Shown here: positions 1 to 11,027 of the stretch, piece after piece
How the letters are laid out: every line of letters begins with the position of its first letter
Numbering within the stretch: position 1 is the stretch's first letter
Source of the DNA: Eledone cirrhosa
Lineage: Eukaryota
Length of the DNA stretch: 64,000 nucleotides
Direction of reading: 5' to 3'
Assembly (NCBI GenBank): GCA_964016885.1
Contig: CAXHJY010000762.1
Span: 17,530 to 81,529, forward strand
Notes under the pieces: generated by a model
What the model saw: the letters and a program-made list of their open reading frames with translations, nothing else
Databases searched by the model: none
Told to the model about the DNA's origin: nothing
Program-made: the position numbers and the translations under genes

Positions 1-28
1 CGTCCGACCCTCTACCGATACTGCCAAT
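1..28 (-). mobile_element. 5' head fragment of tRNA-derived SINE family A, cut by the window edge
   Basis: CGTCCGACCCTCTACCGATACTGCCAAT is identical to the end of the copy at 53829-54009. Confidence 0.8.
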
Positions 29-827
29 TCTCCAAGCAAACTACAACGCCCTCTTATGTTCAATATTATGTAACTTACGGAGAGGTTTCTGGAGTTTGTA
101 ATTTTATGTTATTTTTGCGTGGTGGGGCTGGAGATATTGAGAAGGACTAAACACAACCATTCTTTCCATGTTGTCACAACTCTGAGCTGTACAAGTCTCG
201 TTGATCAGAAGTTACGCAACACACTTCCAAATTCTTTTATTACCAGATGTCCGTTCATCTGTAATAATATTGTTGATATTACAGTGGCCCTAGAGAAATA
301 GATTTGGACAGTCTGTACACAGTTTATACATTAGATACTGGCCAGTAACTGGTCGATATATATATATATATTTGGCATGTAAATGTCTTTGTTCTTGTGT
401 ATTAACTTTGTTTCCAAACAACGCTAGCCAACTAAGTCTATTGATTTCCCCACTGAGAGCATATTGTTATATCTTCTTGACAGAAATGTCGCAACAGAGA
501 AAGTTAGCTTTTCTACCACTAGACAGCTATCAACTCTCTTCACCAGGCTTTCCTATGCCGCAGATTTTTAATCTCAATCCCACGTGTATCTCTATTATCT
601 CTATGGTTACTGTAGGGTTGGGTGCATTACAAGGGCAAGTTATACACAATATATATGTGTGTATATATGTGTGTATGCTTGTATGCTCTTCTGGTTTTAT
701 AGTTTTATAAACGTTTACCAATAGAGAGAGAAAGAGAGAGAGAGAGTGTGTGTGTGTCGCTTTCTAACATAGACACAAGACTCTTTCATTGGAATTTAGA
801 CAACATCAACTAGGCAGATATGTATGC

Positions 828-867
<40 letters not shown>

Positions 868-869
<2 letters not shown>

Positions 870-1060
870 CGAAGGAAGTGTGGTAAGGAACCAGATGGAC
901 CATAACGCACCAGAGTACTCAATACTTATTGTAGTAGAGTGGTTAATAGGAAAATGTTTAACCCCGACGGCAGAGCTCAAGCCGTTTCGACGGCTATTTC
1001 TGAACACTGAAATAGCCGTCGAAACGGCTTGAGCTCTGTCGTCGGGGTTAAACATTTTCC

Positions 1061-1063
<3 letters not shown>
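868..1063 (-). mobile_element. Family C short element (probable PLE pseudo-LTR fragment) with a 55-bp fold-back hairpin containing the 3' half of a hammerhead ribozyme
   Basis: Homologous to 6169-6346, 57863-58033 and 63153-63238. Arms are 946-1000 and 1009-1063 with 1 mismatch. Contains GAAA-CGGC-ttgagctct-GCCG-TC and is flanked by (TA)n. Confidence 0.75.
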
Positions 1064-1091
<28 letters not shown>

Positions 1092-1610
1092 CTGCCTAGT
1101 TGATGTTGTCTAAAATATATATATATAATTAGAAATATAAGTTTTCGCCGTATTTTTGACTACAGAAATTTTAGCCTGATAATGGGGTTTAGAACCCTCT
1201 AAGAAATGGAAAAAGATGAGTATTGACATTCATGTACATCAATAAAGCTTTTATTTCTAATTTCAAACTCGCTCACTGTTTCAAAAACATGCTTACACAC
1301 ATACACGCACATCTTTATATATATACATATATATATATATATCAATTCGTTGGATTTTCTGATTGGACTTTCACCTAGAAACTGGATACCAACCCGGAGT
1401 ACACCTGAACTTTCACCAGGAAATCTTTCGTATCTTTGAAATTTTCTTTGCTTCTTGCATTTAAATATTCCACGACTCTCTACCGCTTTTCCTCTACTAC
1501 ATTCTTCTCAGCCGTCTATTTTTCACTCCCACCTTAGTACCTTCAATCTAAAGACATTTTTTCCTATTCCATCCCGCCCGTCCCCTCAATCTATTTTATT
1601 TCTCATTCTT

Positions 1611-1646
1611 TCTTCTAATGAAGGACTAGCGTCCGAAACGTTAAGA
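1611..1646 (+). ncRNA. Degenerate minimal type-I hammerhead ribozyme (PLE type)
   Basis: TCTT-CTAATGA-A-GGAC-tagc-GTCC-GAAAC-GTT-AAGA: stem I TCTT/AAGA, stem II GGAC/GTCC, palindromic AACGTT stem III. The core reads CTAATGA instead of CTGATGA. Confidence 0.65.
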
Positions 1647-1736
1647 CCCTCTTCCTGCTATACCAAGTGTTAACATAATATATACCTTCTATATACTGTA
1701 TCGATAGTATTGTTATTTCTGTTTACCTTTTACATA

Positions 1737-1925
1737 CACATATGTGTATATATATACATATATATATATATATGTGTATATATATACACATATGTGTATA
1801 TATATACATATATATATATATATGTGTATATATATACACATATGTGTATATATATACATATATATATATATATGTGTATATATATACACATATGTGTATA
1901 TATATACATATATATATATATGTGG
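1737..1925. repeat. 50-bp higher-order (TA/TG/CA) tandem repeat, ~3.7 copies
   Basis: CACATATGTG recurs at 1737, 1787, 1837 and 1887. Confidence 0.85.
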
Positions 1926-2095
1926 GTGTGAGTCCTTCAGAGGTTTAAATATTTTGTTCACAAGCACAACTTTATGGGGGTGAATATGCACAGTATTACA
2001 CATACATACATGTATTTGTATTTCAATGTGTATATATACACGTACACATAATCACACACAACACCTACACATATACAAAAATGCATATGAGCAAT

Positions 2096-2296
<201 letters not shown>

Positions 2297-2470
2297 GACA
2301 CTTCCCGTGGTGTTCTGCAGCAGATAAGTATGTATGTATAAATATCTCAATCAGTGAATTATGTGACAGGTCTTCATGTGTATATTTCTTACCGACATTT
2401 CCACGTAAGAATGTTGGTAAAAAAAAAGAACGGTTTTACACACACACACACACACACACATACACACACA

Positions 2471-2502
<32 letters not shown>

Positions 2503-3174
2503 GAGAGACAGGGAATAACATGCACGTATCAGTTTACGGAGTAGAACGTATATATATATATATATACACGCATCCTTTCGAAATTAACATCTCATTCTTT
2601 CTGAAAAAAAAAATTCGCCCCTCCCTCCCATCCCCACGTATTGGAGTATGGTAGGTAGAGAGAGGGAAAGTGAGAGAAGGAACAGATATATATATATATA
2701 TATATATATAAGGAAACAGTGCTATATATATATATATATAATGGTGTATATAGCAGTGCGTGAGAGGATTGCTGTGTGTAATGGCCCAGTGTGAAATAAA
2801 TTTGAAGTTGTTGCCCCAGCAAGATGCAGCAGTATTCAATATCCCGTCGGTGGTCTAAGATAACATCTCCTGTCTCTCTCCATTAGGTGCAATGGAAAAA
2901 ATATAATGCAGGGCAAAGTGTATGTAGCTGTATACTGCCTATGTTTGGTGTGTGTATTTCTGTGTTTGTGTGTGTCTTTGTAGGAATATGACTGTGTGTG
3001 ATTATATGTGAATGTGGGTGTTTGTATGTGTGTGTGAGTTTATGTGTGTGTTGTGATGTGAGGTCAAAGGTGTTTGCGTGTCGGAATGGTGGATCTTCGC
3101 TGGTTAACATTTAAGGAATTTAGTGTTAGCTGGTTGTATATGTATGCATATAGCTGCATACAGCTACACACCCC

Positions 3175-3205
<31 letters not shown>

Positions 3206-3302
3206 TATGTATATATACACTCTCTCACACACACACACACATATATATATATATACATACACTTTCTCTCACGCACACACACACACATACACACATATAT
3301 AT

Positions 3303-3333
<31 letters not shown>

Positions 3334-3652
3334 CATAAATATATATATATATATACATACTCTCTCACTCACACACGCACACACACACACACACACCCAT
3401 ATATATATATATATATATATTGGTATATAACTAGAGTGACAAACGTATCTGTGAAATGTTAGACGGTGCCGGCAATAGGAAAGCTGCAATGGTGTTGAAG
3501 TCTGTATATCAATTAGTAGAGCCACCAGTGAGATAAACAGATAAATAGTAAGACGACTAGATAGATCGATATTGGTTAGTACAAACTAGGAATCTAAAGG
3601 AAACATATATATATTTATATACAAGCACCCCACTATATATATATGTTTCATT

Positions 3653-3722
<70 letters not shown>

Positions 3723-4076
3723 ATGTGTGTGTGTGTGTATAAATTAAACAGAAAAACACAACAGACGACGAAGAACAATGAAGATATATATTAGTTTCAT
3801 GCTTAATACAGTAGGGAAAGTCTTTCTGGAGACATTCAAGAAAGTGAGCTCGTGCCCTATAATGTATCACAGCATTTCATAATTGTTTTAATTTCTATCC
3901 CCTAAAGTCCAGATATATTTTGATAGTGACGTCGGTGGGGATGTCTTGGTTGTTGTTTGAATGTTTTTCTGTGATTCTGGAATCTATTTCTGGGAATTTC
4001 TGGTACTGTTATCTAGAAGTAGAACCTTATTTCCATAACAAATGCTAAGAAAATCATATAATATTGAAAGAGGAGA

Positions 4077-4167
<91 letters not shown>

Positions 4168-4233
4168 ACATCCATCCAACCAATTCTCTCTCTCTCTCTC
4201 TCTGTATATATATATATATATATATATATAAAT

Positions 4234-4452
4234 GAAATAACAGGAGGCTGGACTGGTGTAAATCCTTGAAAGGTTTATTATACTATGATCATTTCAATGA
4301 CCGGGTTCCATATGAATCCGGTGATATCATCAGGTAGTGGAATATAACAAAGGAATATGTAAAAAGCCATGGGTCCGAAAAACCATGGGTCCGGGAAACC
4401 AGAGACAGAGAGGGCAGCTGACCAACTAGCTTCACAGCCAGCCGCCCTCAAA

Positions 4453-4453
<1 letters not shown>
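4234..4453 (-). mobile_element. Family D hammerhead-bearing short element (PLE-like), copy 1
   Basis: The reverse complement matches 10102-10310, nearly identical over ~105 nt spanning the hammerhead and tail. (TA)n on both sides. Confidence 0.8.
4281..4336 (-). ncRNA. Minimal type-I hammerhead ribozyme
   Basis: Minus strand reads TAC-CTGATGA-[stem II ACCGG/CCGGT]-GAA-ATGATCAT-A-GTA. Confidence 0.7.
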
Positions 4454-4496
<43 letters not shown>

Positions 4497-4824
4497 CCAC
4501 TAGAGAGTCGGAAGGGATAGCCTGCGAGTTTAAATCCCATTTACAGCTTTTGGGCGAAGGTCGTAGGTTCGAGAATATACAATGTATCTTCACAACCACG
4601 GGTTCTCATAAAATCACTAGTATGAGTAAAGTACTGACTGCTACCGAATCAAATTCGATAGCGAGGAATGGCTGTATACTCGTGTCTGTGTGTGTGTGTA
4701 TATGTTTGTATGCGCGCGTGTATATATATTTATTTATATATTTATAACTTTCGATATAAATATAAAAAAAATCTCTCTCTCTCTATACATATATATATGA
4801 ATATATCTATCTATCTACATATAT

Positions 4825-4898
<74 letters not shown>

Positions 4899-4913
4899 TT
4901 ATATATACGCGCG

Positions 4914-4956
<43 letters not shown>

Positions 4957-4961
4957 GCGCG

Positions 4962-5008
<47 letters not shown>

Positions 5009-5149
5009 GCGCGCACATATATATATATATATATAAATATATATATTTATACACAATACAAGCCATATATAATACAAACGTTTATGTTTGATATATTGTA
5101 ATCAATCGACTGTAATCTTCATAGTATCAATTTTGTTATTATATACATA

Positions 5150-5204
<55 letters not shown>

Positions 5205-5857
5205 CCATATATATATTATATGGAATCTGTTAGTATAAAAAAATATCGCCATCGATATAATGTCTGACGCTGTCGCACTTGAAAATTAATCCCAATACAT
5301 CCGACATTACTGAGAGGTTGTAAAAACATGAATGGCAAATAAATACTTGAAACCTTTGAACATAGAAAATACCTGTTGAGATGAAGTCGAATGGACCAGA
5401 TGAACCGAATAATATGGAACCAGCCCTCATCGAAAGCACACATCACATACATTGACACACACAAACATATATACACATACACACATATATATACATATAT
5501 ATATATAAATACATACGCGCTACACAATATCTTCATACACGTACAAGCTGGCAGTCACCCATGCGTGCGCTATATAGCGTCACACATACATACATGTATA
5601 CACACATACATACATGTATATACACATACTTCTATACATAGATACACACATACTTTTATATATACATACACACATACATAGTTACATAGATACCTACCAT
5701 ATATATATATACACACACACACACATATACATATACACCTACATAATATATACATACACCTATAAAACTAGTGACGATATTTTAACCCATCTCTCAAAAT
5801 ATCAATATATATTTGTATAATTATGTCTATTTATGAGTTTATACACACTCACACAAG

Positions 5858-5894
<37 letters not shown>

Positions 5895-6024
5895 ATGCGC
5901 GATATATTAGGGGTGGTGGAACTGGGGCTGGGGTGTTTCAGGTCGCATAGCACCCCCAATAATTATATATTTTCTCCCCAAACCACAAAGAAAGCATATT
6001 TGTATATGCTCTACAATTTATGTG

Positions 6025-6084
6025 CGGCCGTTTCGACAGCGGATCTAGCTGTCGAAACGGCCGGAGCTCAGCCGTCGGGCCTGA

Positions 6085-6091
<7 letters not shown>
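6025..6091 (+). mobile_element. Family C-related variant: fold-back plus hammerhead 3' half
   Basis: 16-bp arms at 6025-6040 and 6048-6063. Reads GCTGTC-GAAA-CGGC-cggagctca-GCCG-TC and ends in (TA)n. Confidence 0.6.
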
Positions 6092-6125
<34 letters not shown>

Positions 6126-6168
6126 TTCATATATATATATCTTTCATATATATATATATACATAAGAG

Positions 6169-6346
6169 ACAAAGGAAATGTGGTAAGGAACCAGATGGAC
6201 CATAACGCACCAGAGTACTCAATACTTAGAGTAGTAGAGTGGGAAATAGGAAAAAGTATGACCCCGACAGCAGAGCTCAAGCCGTTTCGACGGCTATTTC
6301 CGTTGAAACGGCTTGAGCTCTGCCGTCGGGGTCATACTTTTCCTAT
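6169..6346 (-). mobile_element. Family C copy with fold-back
   Basis: Homologous to 868-1063. Inverted arms are ~6246-6292 and 6301-6346. Confidence 0.75.
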
Positions 6347-7442
6347 ATATAAGAGAGACGATGGTAGAGAGTGATTATGTATCATGGCAGAGTGGTTGAT
6401 AGAAAGATAGATATATATAGAGATGTGGAGTGAGAGAATCACTATTAAATATATAGATAGTAGGAGGAAGAGACGCGGTGAGAGGATAAGAGAAGTCAAA
6501 TTAAAGTAAATAGACTTGGAAGGAAGGGGAGAATGTAAGGAAGAGAGAGTGGGTGGCGGGCGTAGAAGGAGGGGGCACTGAAAGGAGGGTGTATATAGAT
6601 AGGTAAAGAGAAGGTCGAAAGAGGAAAGGGCATTGGAATATTGAGAGGTAGGGAGAAAGAGAGAGTGTGTGTGTGTGTGTGAGCGAGAGAGAGAGTGTGG
6701 GTGAGAGAGAGAGAGAGAGAGAGTGTGGGTGAGAGAGAGAGAGAGAGAGAGTGTGGGTGAGAGAGAGAGAGTATGGGTGAGAGAGAGAGATGTGTGGGTG
6801 AGAGAGAGAGAGAGAGTGTCTGCAGAAATGGTATTGGTAGAGAATAATATGTGTGAGTCAGTGAAATAGATAGATAGATAGATAATTAGATAGATAGATA
6901 GATTAGTAGATTCATGGACAGAGAGACAAACAGGAGATACATATATACACAGGCACGTAAATATATACATACATACCTATATATATATATACAAATACAC
7001 ATACATACCTATATACTTACCTATATGCCATTATATATACATATACACATACAAACCTATACACACACACACACATATATATATATACATAGATAGATAT
7101 AGAGAGATGGAATGGTCACACGGAGGGGGGGTGGTGGTATGGAGGAGAAACGAAGACCGTTTAAAGCACAAATAACTTCACAACAAACAACAAAACAACA
7201 GACAAATATAGAAATAAAAACAAAACAGTAAACAAACAAAGAAAAAAAGAAAGAACGTAGGAATGAAATAAAAAAAGAAAGAAAGAAAGAAGGGAAAGAA
7301 AGAAAGAAGGGAAAGAAAGAAAGAAAGAAAGAAAGAAAGGAAGGAAGGGTTTAGGGAAATTAGATAGAGATTGTGTGGAAGATCAAAGTAAATATAAAGT
7401 GAAAAAATACCTTTTAATCAATTAAGTGAAACAAATAATAAC

Positions 7443-7488
<46 letters not shown>

Positions 7489-7724
7489 GTGTGTGTGTAT
7501 GTATTTGTACATACGTACTGGAACTATAAAAATAACAGAACACGACACTAACAACTAAACAGACCATGAGTATATATCAATGTAATATATATATATATAT
7601 ATATATCAGTCTGTCTGTGTGTGGCTGTCTGTTTCTCAAAGAGAGAGTGTGTGGGAGAGAGAGTGTGGGAGATAGATGGAGAACTCTCTCTATATATGGA
7701 AATCTATCTATCTATCAATTATAC

Positions 7725-7798
<74 letters not shown>

Positions 7799-7981
7799 TA
7801 TATATATATATATATATAATATATATATATATACACACACACACTCTCTCTTTCTCACTGTATTTCTTCTCTTAGCAACAACTTTTCATTCTTCCCATTT
7901 TCCCTCACTTTCTAAATATATGTGAAAAGTTTTCTTGTTTAGAGAAAAATGCATTAACAGAGAGAGAGAGAGAAGTATAAA

Positions 7982-8134
7982 AGATAGATAGATAGTTTAA
8001 AGAGAGAGTTTAAAAGATAGATAGGTTAAAGAGAAAGTTTAAAAGATAGATAGATAGTTTAAAGAGAGAGTTTAAACGATAGATAGATAGTTTAAAGAGA
8101 GAGTTTAAACGATAGATAGATAGATTAAAGAGAG
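7982..8134. repeat. ~33-bp tandem repeat (GATAGATAGATAGTTTAAAGAGAGAGTTTAAA), ~5 copies
   Basis: Direct reading. Confidence 0.8.
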
Positions 8135-8169
8135 TGATAGATTAAAGCGTAATTCACCCAACAATACAA

Positions 8170-8177
8170 TGACGTCA
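8170..8177. promoter_or_regulatory. Full CRE palindrome TGACGTCA upstream of a candidate exon
   Basis: Exact motif only; function unproven. Confidence 0.25.
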
Positions 8178-8242
8178 CAATAACAAATTTACAGAGATCT
8201 TTTCTGAACTGAATTATATCTCCTTCCAATCTTATCTTCCAG

Positions 8243-8354
8243 CAGTGTTCCTTACATCTCAGTTTGTTTAATACTTTATCTCTCACCCCTCAGAAACTGT
8301 TGTTAATCTTCACCGAGAAAGTTAATCTAAACATTATTTCAACAATTTATGAAG
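8243..8354 (+). other. Candidate 5'-UTR/first coding exon ending ATG AAG|gtacgt
   Basis: Pyrimidine tract CCTTCCAATCTTATCTTCCAG as acceptor and a good donor AAG|GTACGT; no homology evidence. Confidence 0.3.
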
Positions 8355-9187
8355 GTACGTAAATGGTTAAATATTTTTACTGGCAGAGTATCAGCGAGGC
8401 AGGTTTTTACTAGTATTTATAATGTATATGTCCAAGTCTTGATCCAAGATTTAGTTTACCATTGACTGACACCCGCAAAAGGGATGGAACTTGAATTTAC
8501 TCAGTGACTATGTCTCAACGTTTTTGCATTGTTTCTTACATCTCATTTCTGGGTTTCTTTTCGAGGTAGGCCTTCACTGTTCTTCTTTCTTGGAAATGCC
8601 CAAATACGAGGCCAATCATCTTCTGTAGTCGTACGGCGATAATATCTCCTAGATTCTCACCCAGATCCTTTTCTATGTACTTTTCATTCGTGATATGGTC
8701 AGACCTAGATCTCCTTAGTAAGATTCCAAGGCAAGTTATATGGAATATATTAGCAGTTCTGTACATTCTGCTGGTATTTGTTTATCATGACTGGCAAGTT
8801 TAAGTTGTTGTTGGCTGAGGAGTTGGATTATACAGACACCGGGCCCTGAAATACATGTTGAGACGCTGTTCAGTTATACTAAGGTATCATCAGTCACCAG
8901 AGATCAGTTCTCTGTCTTGATTGGTTGTGGTTCTTCCTTTCCAATCGTCTCAGTCATACTGCCCCCCCCCCCTCCCCCGGCAGGGTTAAAACTATTTTGT
9001 TACACACTCCAAATTCATTTCGTATATGCCAGCATGTGTGTGTGTGTGTATGCATATATATTTATATATGTTTGTAGTATGTATGTAGGTGTGTGTACAT
9101 GTATGTAAGTATGTATTTAAGAATGTATGTATATAAGTTTATATATTGCATGCGAAAAAGAGACAGATGGTGATTGAGAGAGTAGGT

Positions 9188-9228
<41 letters not shown>

Positions 9229-10067
9229 TCGGGCTGAGAGGATATTAAATATGTTGTGTGAAAGCCTGGAAAACTGACTGCGATTAAAAGGTAAAACATT
9301 TACAAATATTACTAAAACGAAAAACAAATATCAGAAATCCCGCCCCAAACCACACATACCATAAATGGATAATGTAGGTATTGTGTATGAATCTCTCTCT
9401 ATATATCTATGTGACAATGAATGGCACTGCATATGTGTGTGTGTGTATATATATATGTATATATACACCTCTCTCTATATATATTTAAATATAAGCATAT
9501 ATACACGTAAAAATACACAAACAATTTATCTATCTATATATGTAGGTATATAGTACATACATACGTACGCACATACACAAGTACACACACATGAATGAAC
9601 TCATTCTGTGAGTGAGACATACAGAAAATGGAAACAAGACGAAAAAAAAAAAGAAATGTTAACAGTGATATATAATAAGTGTTTGATAAAAGTCGCTGAT
9701 GCTTTAGCTCTGTATTCCAAATCAATTTAGTTGATGTATTAAGGGATTTGAAAGACTGGAGTGTGCTCAGCTGGGCGTTGAAATTAGGTCTAACGCAGGG
9801 GTTAGTATAGAATAGTTTTATCGTCTCTGAAATAGAATTGCTCCTCCTTTATATGTGCATGTATGATAGTTATGGAGAGTGTTGGAGGTAGGGAATGGAC
9901 ATAGAATGGGTTGAATAATAGGTAAAAAGCACTGTCGAGTCACAGAAGTATATCAGTTGAGGAATATACATGTACAGACACATATATATAATCTATCTCT
10001 CAGTCTTTGTATATACAATATATTTATATGACATGTGTGTATGCATACTTAAATATATATATATATA

Positions 10068-10460
10068 TTTAGGTTTGAAGGTTCACCACTGGATAGAGCT
10101 GGAGGGCGACCGGCTAAAGTGGAAGATGCTAGATGGTCGGTCGTCCTCGGGTCTATGATTTTCAGCCCTATGGATTTTATCTGTTACATTCATTTATTAT
10201 ATTTCGAATACCTGATGATATCACCGGATTCATACGGAACCCGGTCATTGAAATGATCATAGTATAATAAACCTTTCAAGGATTTACACCAGTCCAGCCT
10301 CCTGTTATTTTATTATAATATTTAACTCCGTACTCGCACCACCAACTACACAAACGAAGACGGTTGAGCTGCTTTACGTTGAGTACTCTCCATATTATTA
10401 CATCAAGATTGACCATACGGAATGACCAGCTCTATCCAGTGGTGAACCTTCAAACCTAAA
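10068..10460 (+). mobile_element. Family D hammerhead-bearing element, copy 2, bounded by perfect 35-bp inverted repeats
   Basis: TTTAGGTTTGAAGGTTCACCACTGGATAGAGCTGG at 10068-10102 and its reverse complement at 10426-10460. (TA)n on both sides; internal hairpin, hammerhead and AATAAA. Confidence 0.8.
10208..10265 (+). ncRNA. Minimal type-I hammerhead ribozyme with intact core
   Basis: Stem I ATAC/GTAT, CTGATGA at 10212-10218, imperfect stem II at 10219-10249, GAAA at 10250-10253, palindromic stem III ATGATCAT. Predicted cleavage after A10261. Confidence 0.72.
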
Positions 10461-10854
10461 TATATATATATATATATATATATTATGTATGTGTGTGTTT
10501 ATATATATGTAGGTATATATGTTTGTGTATGTTTGTATTGATTCATAAGTTACTAGTTAGATAAACTCTACATAGTTAGTGAGATATATACATCAATGGA
10601 GAGAGAGAGTAAATGTACAGTACGGCCAAACAGGTGTAAAATACATGTTTATCATCAGAAATAAGGTTTAAAGGAAGCAGTTGGCTACCCGCTGGAGTGA
10701 GACCCCTCCCTGAGTTCCACTGAGTATTTCAAGGTGTCTTCATTGTTATAAGGTTCTGCTCACTGAGACCATGAGACAACATACCCCTGGTGTTGTACAC
10801 GTCTGACAGAGATCTCCCACATCGTCCTGTCATATATCATTATTGTAAAGATAG

Positions 10855-11027
10855 TAGTGGATTGGCAGTATCGGTGGAGGGTCGGACGCCATGCTTTGCA
10901 GTACAGAGTTACGACCCTTTGCGTTCTGAGTACAAATACCGCCGAGGTTAACTTTGCCTTTCATCCTTACGGGGTCGATAAAATAAAGTACCAGTAATAT
11001 ACTGGCCTTGTACCAAAAGTAAAAACA
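10855..11027 (+). mobile_element. tRNA-derived SINE family A1 with 16-bp TSD
   Basis: A-box-like TGGCAGTATCGG, B-box-like GTACAAATAC and central GCCTTTCATCCTTACGGGGTCGATAAAATAAAGTACCAGT. TSD ATTATTGTAAAGATAG at 10839-10854 and 11028-11043. Confidence 0.9.

Noticed and set aside
10098-10152. SECIS element (some PLEs encode selenoproteins): 12-nt stem followed by AAA
   Set aside because: The 3' strand lacks the GA of the tandem G-A quartet (it reads CTC and pairs canonically), and AAA is not kept in the other copy.
10855-10950. tRNA genes at A/B-box motifs
   Set aside because: No cloverleaf; the motifs are SINE heads followed by a shared body and TSDs.
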